Assembly (NCBI RefSeq): GCF_947568905.1
Contig: NC_079172.1
Location: 70,618,001-70,682,000, forward strand
Origin: Ostrea edulis
Lineage: Eukaryota
Direction of reading: 5' to 3'
DNA: 64,000 nt
Shown: piece after piece, positions 63,013-64,000 of the stretch
Layout: each line of letters starts with the position of its first letter
How positions within the stretch are numbered: the stretch's first letter is position 1
Translations under genes and position numbers: made by a program
The notes under the pieces: model-generated
What the model was told of the DNA's origin: nothing
Seen by the model: only the letters and a program-made list of their open reading frames with translations
The model's database searches: none

Positions 63013-63724
63013 TGATTTATTAATTCATTTAATTAATTGATATTGATATAAATAACAAAGAACTCTCTAAATCGTTGAAGGTCCTTTCATCATTTTGGGG
63101 TAATTAGTTGCACCGGTCAAAATAGCAGTGATAAGTGAAAGTACAGACGGTTGTACAATGTTCAGTCACTTGGAGTTATTACGGACTTCAGTTTGTGAAT
63201 TGGGATAAAAAAAATCAACTTAAAAATGATAACATTATCTAATGCTGCAGATTCTATGTAATAGCTTGTTGCAAAGCGCAAACAGTCTGTTTAGTGATAT
63301 GGTGTCAGGGCCCAGCTAAAAGTCGACCAATTATTTTGAGTTCACTGAGTTATTTCGTGACAGTTTCAATATAACCACGACAAAAGACATTTTGATCAAA
63401 AATACCCTTAAACAAAGGTACAAGTTGATAACAAATGAATAAGTAAAAATGTGTTTTGGCGTGCTTGTCATGACCATTTAATATAAATAAAATACATCAG
63501 AAATTACAAATAATGAAGAAATGTATGCGCCGATGAGATATATTTGGCAGTATAAACATTCCGCAATAGAAGTGCCATCTTCATCAAGGGAGCCTTAAAA
63601 AAAAACAGTACCCCCCGTAGACAGCAATCTATGCAAAATTATGCCAAATGGGTCAGAGGACGTTGTCCCAAGACCCATCCGCCACAACCAAGGTGGGGCG
63701 GCAATTTTGCAGCCCCAAAACAAA

Positions 63725-63804
<80 letters not shown>

Positions 63805-64000
63805 CACAGATGGTGCTTCAAAACACTATATTTGAAATACAGATAATTTTGGTACAGATGGTACCACTATATGATTTATAAGGATATATATGAAAGCGTA
63901 GATAACGCTTCAGAACACTGAAAATTACCAACCGAAATAAATGGTAATGTACAGATGATACCGCACTGAGTAATATGATTGACACAATTTAATGCAAAAC

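Overview
Eukaryotic, AT-rich, repeat-dense genomic DNA, most likely from a bivalve mollusc (oyster-like, judged from the repeat families and gene types). Two N-gaps lie at 19683-19819 and 47650-47788. All host genes found are innate-immunity genes on the + strand: a C1q-domain exon (2490-2896), two tandem, strongly diverged TNF-ligand-like genes (16303-17618, 18221-20436) and a tandem cluster of four peptidoglycan-recognition-protein (PGRP, Zn-amidase-type) genes plus fragments (about 28.3-61.8 kb). The PGRP genes are built from a signal-peptide exon, symmetric phase 1-1 exons encoding a 6-Cys beta-defensin-like domain, and two PGRP exons. The number of intact defensin-like exons appears to vary (0, 1, 2, 1). 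One defensin exon seems to have been destroyed by a ~60-copy 32-bp minisatellite amplified from its own YVTGxCSG codons, and two others were lost by deletion. Mobile DNA includes a TTAA-flanked Kolobok-like transposon (transposase plus a divergent KolX/P2X7-ballast-like gene), a non-autonomous TTAA element with an internal foldback, a near-full-length RTE-X-like LINE ORF2, a CR1/L2 fragment, many Penelope-like fragments, tRNA-derived SINEs, MITEs and many minisatellites. Gene models were built by eye from GT-AG sites and frame continuity, family names come from motif recall, and no database search was run.
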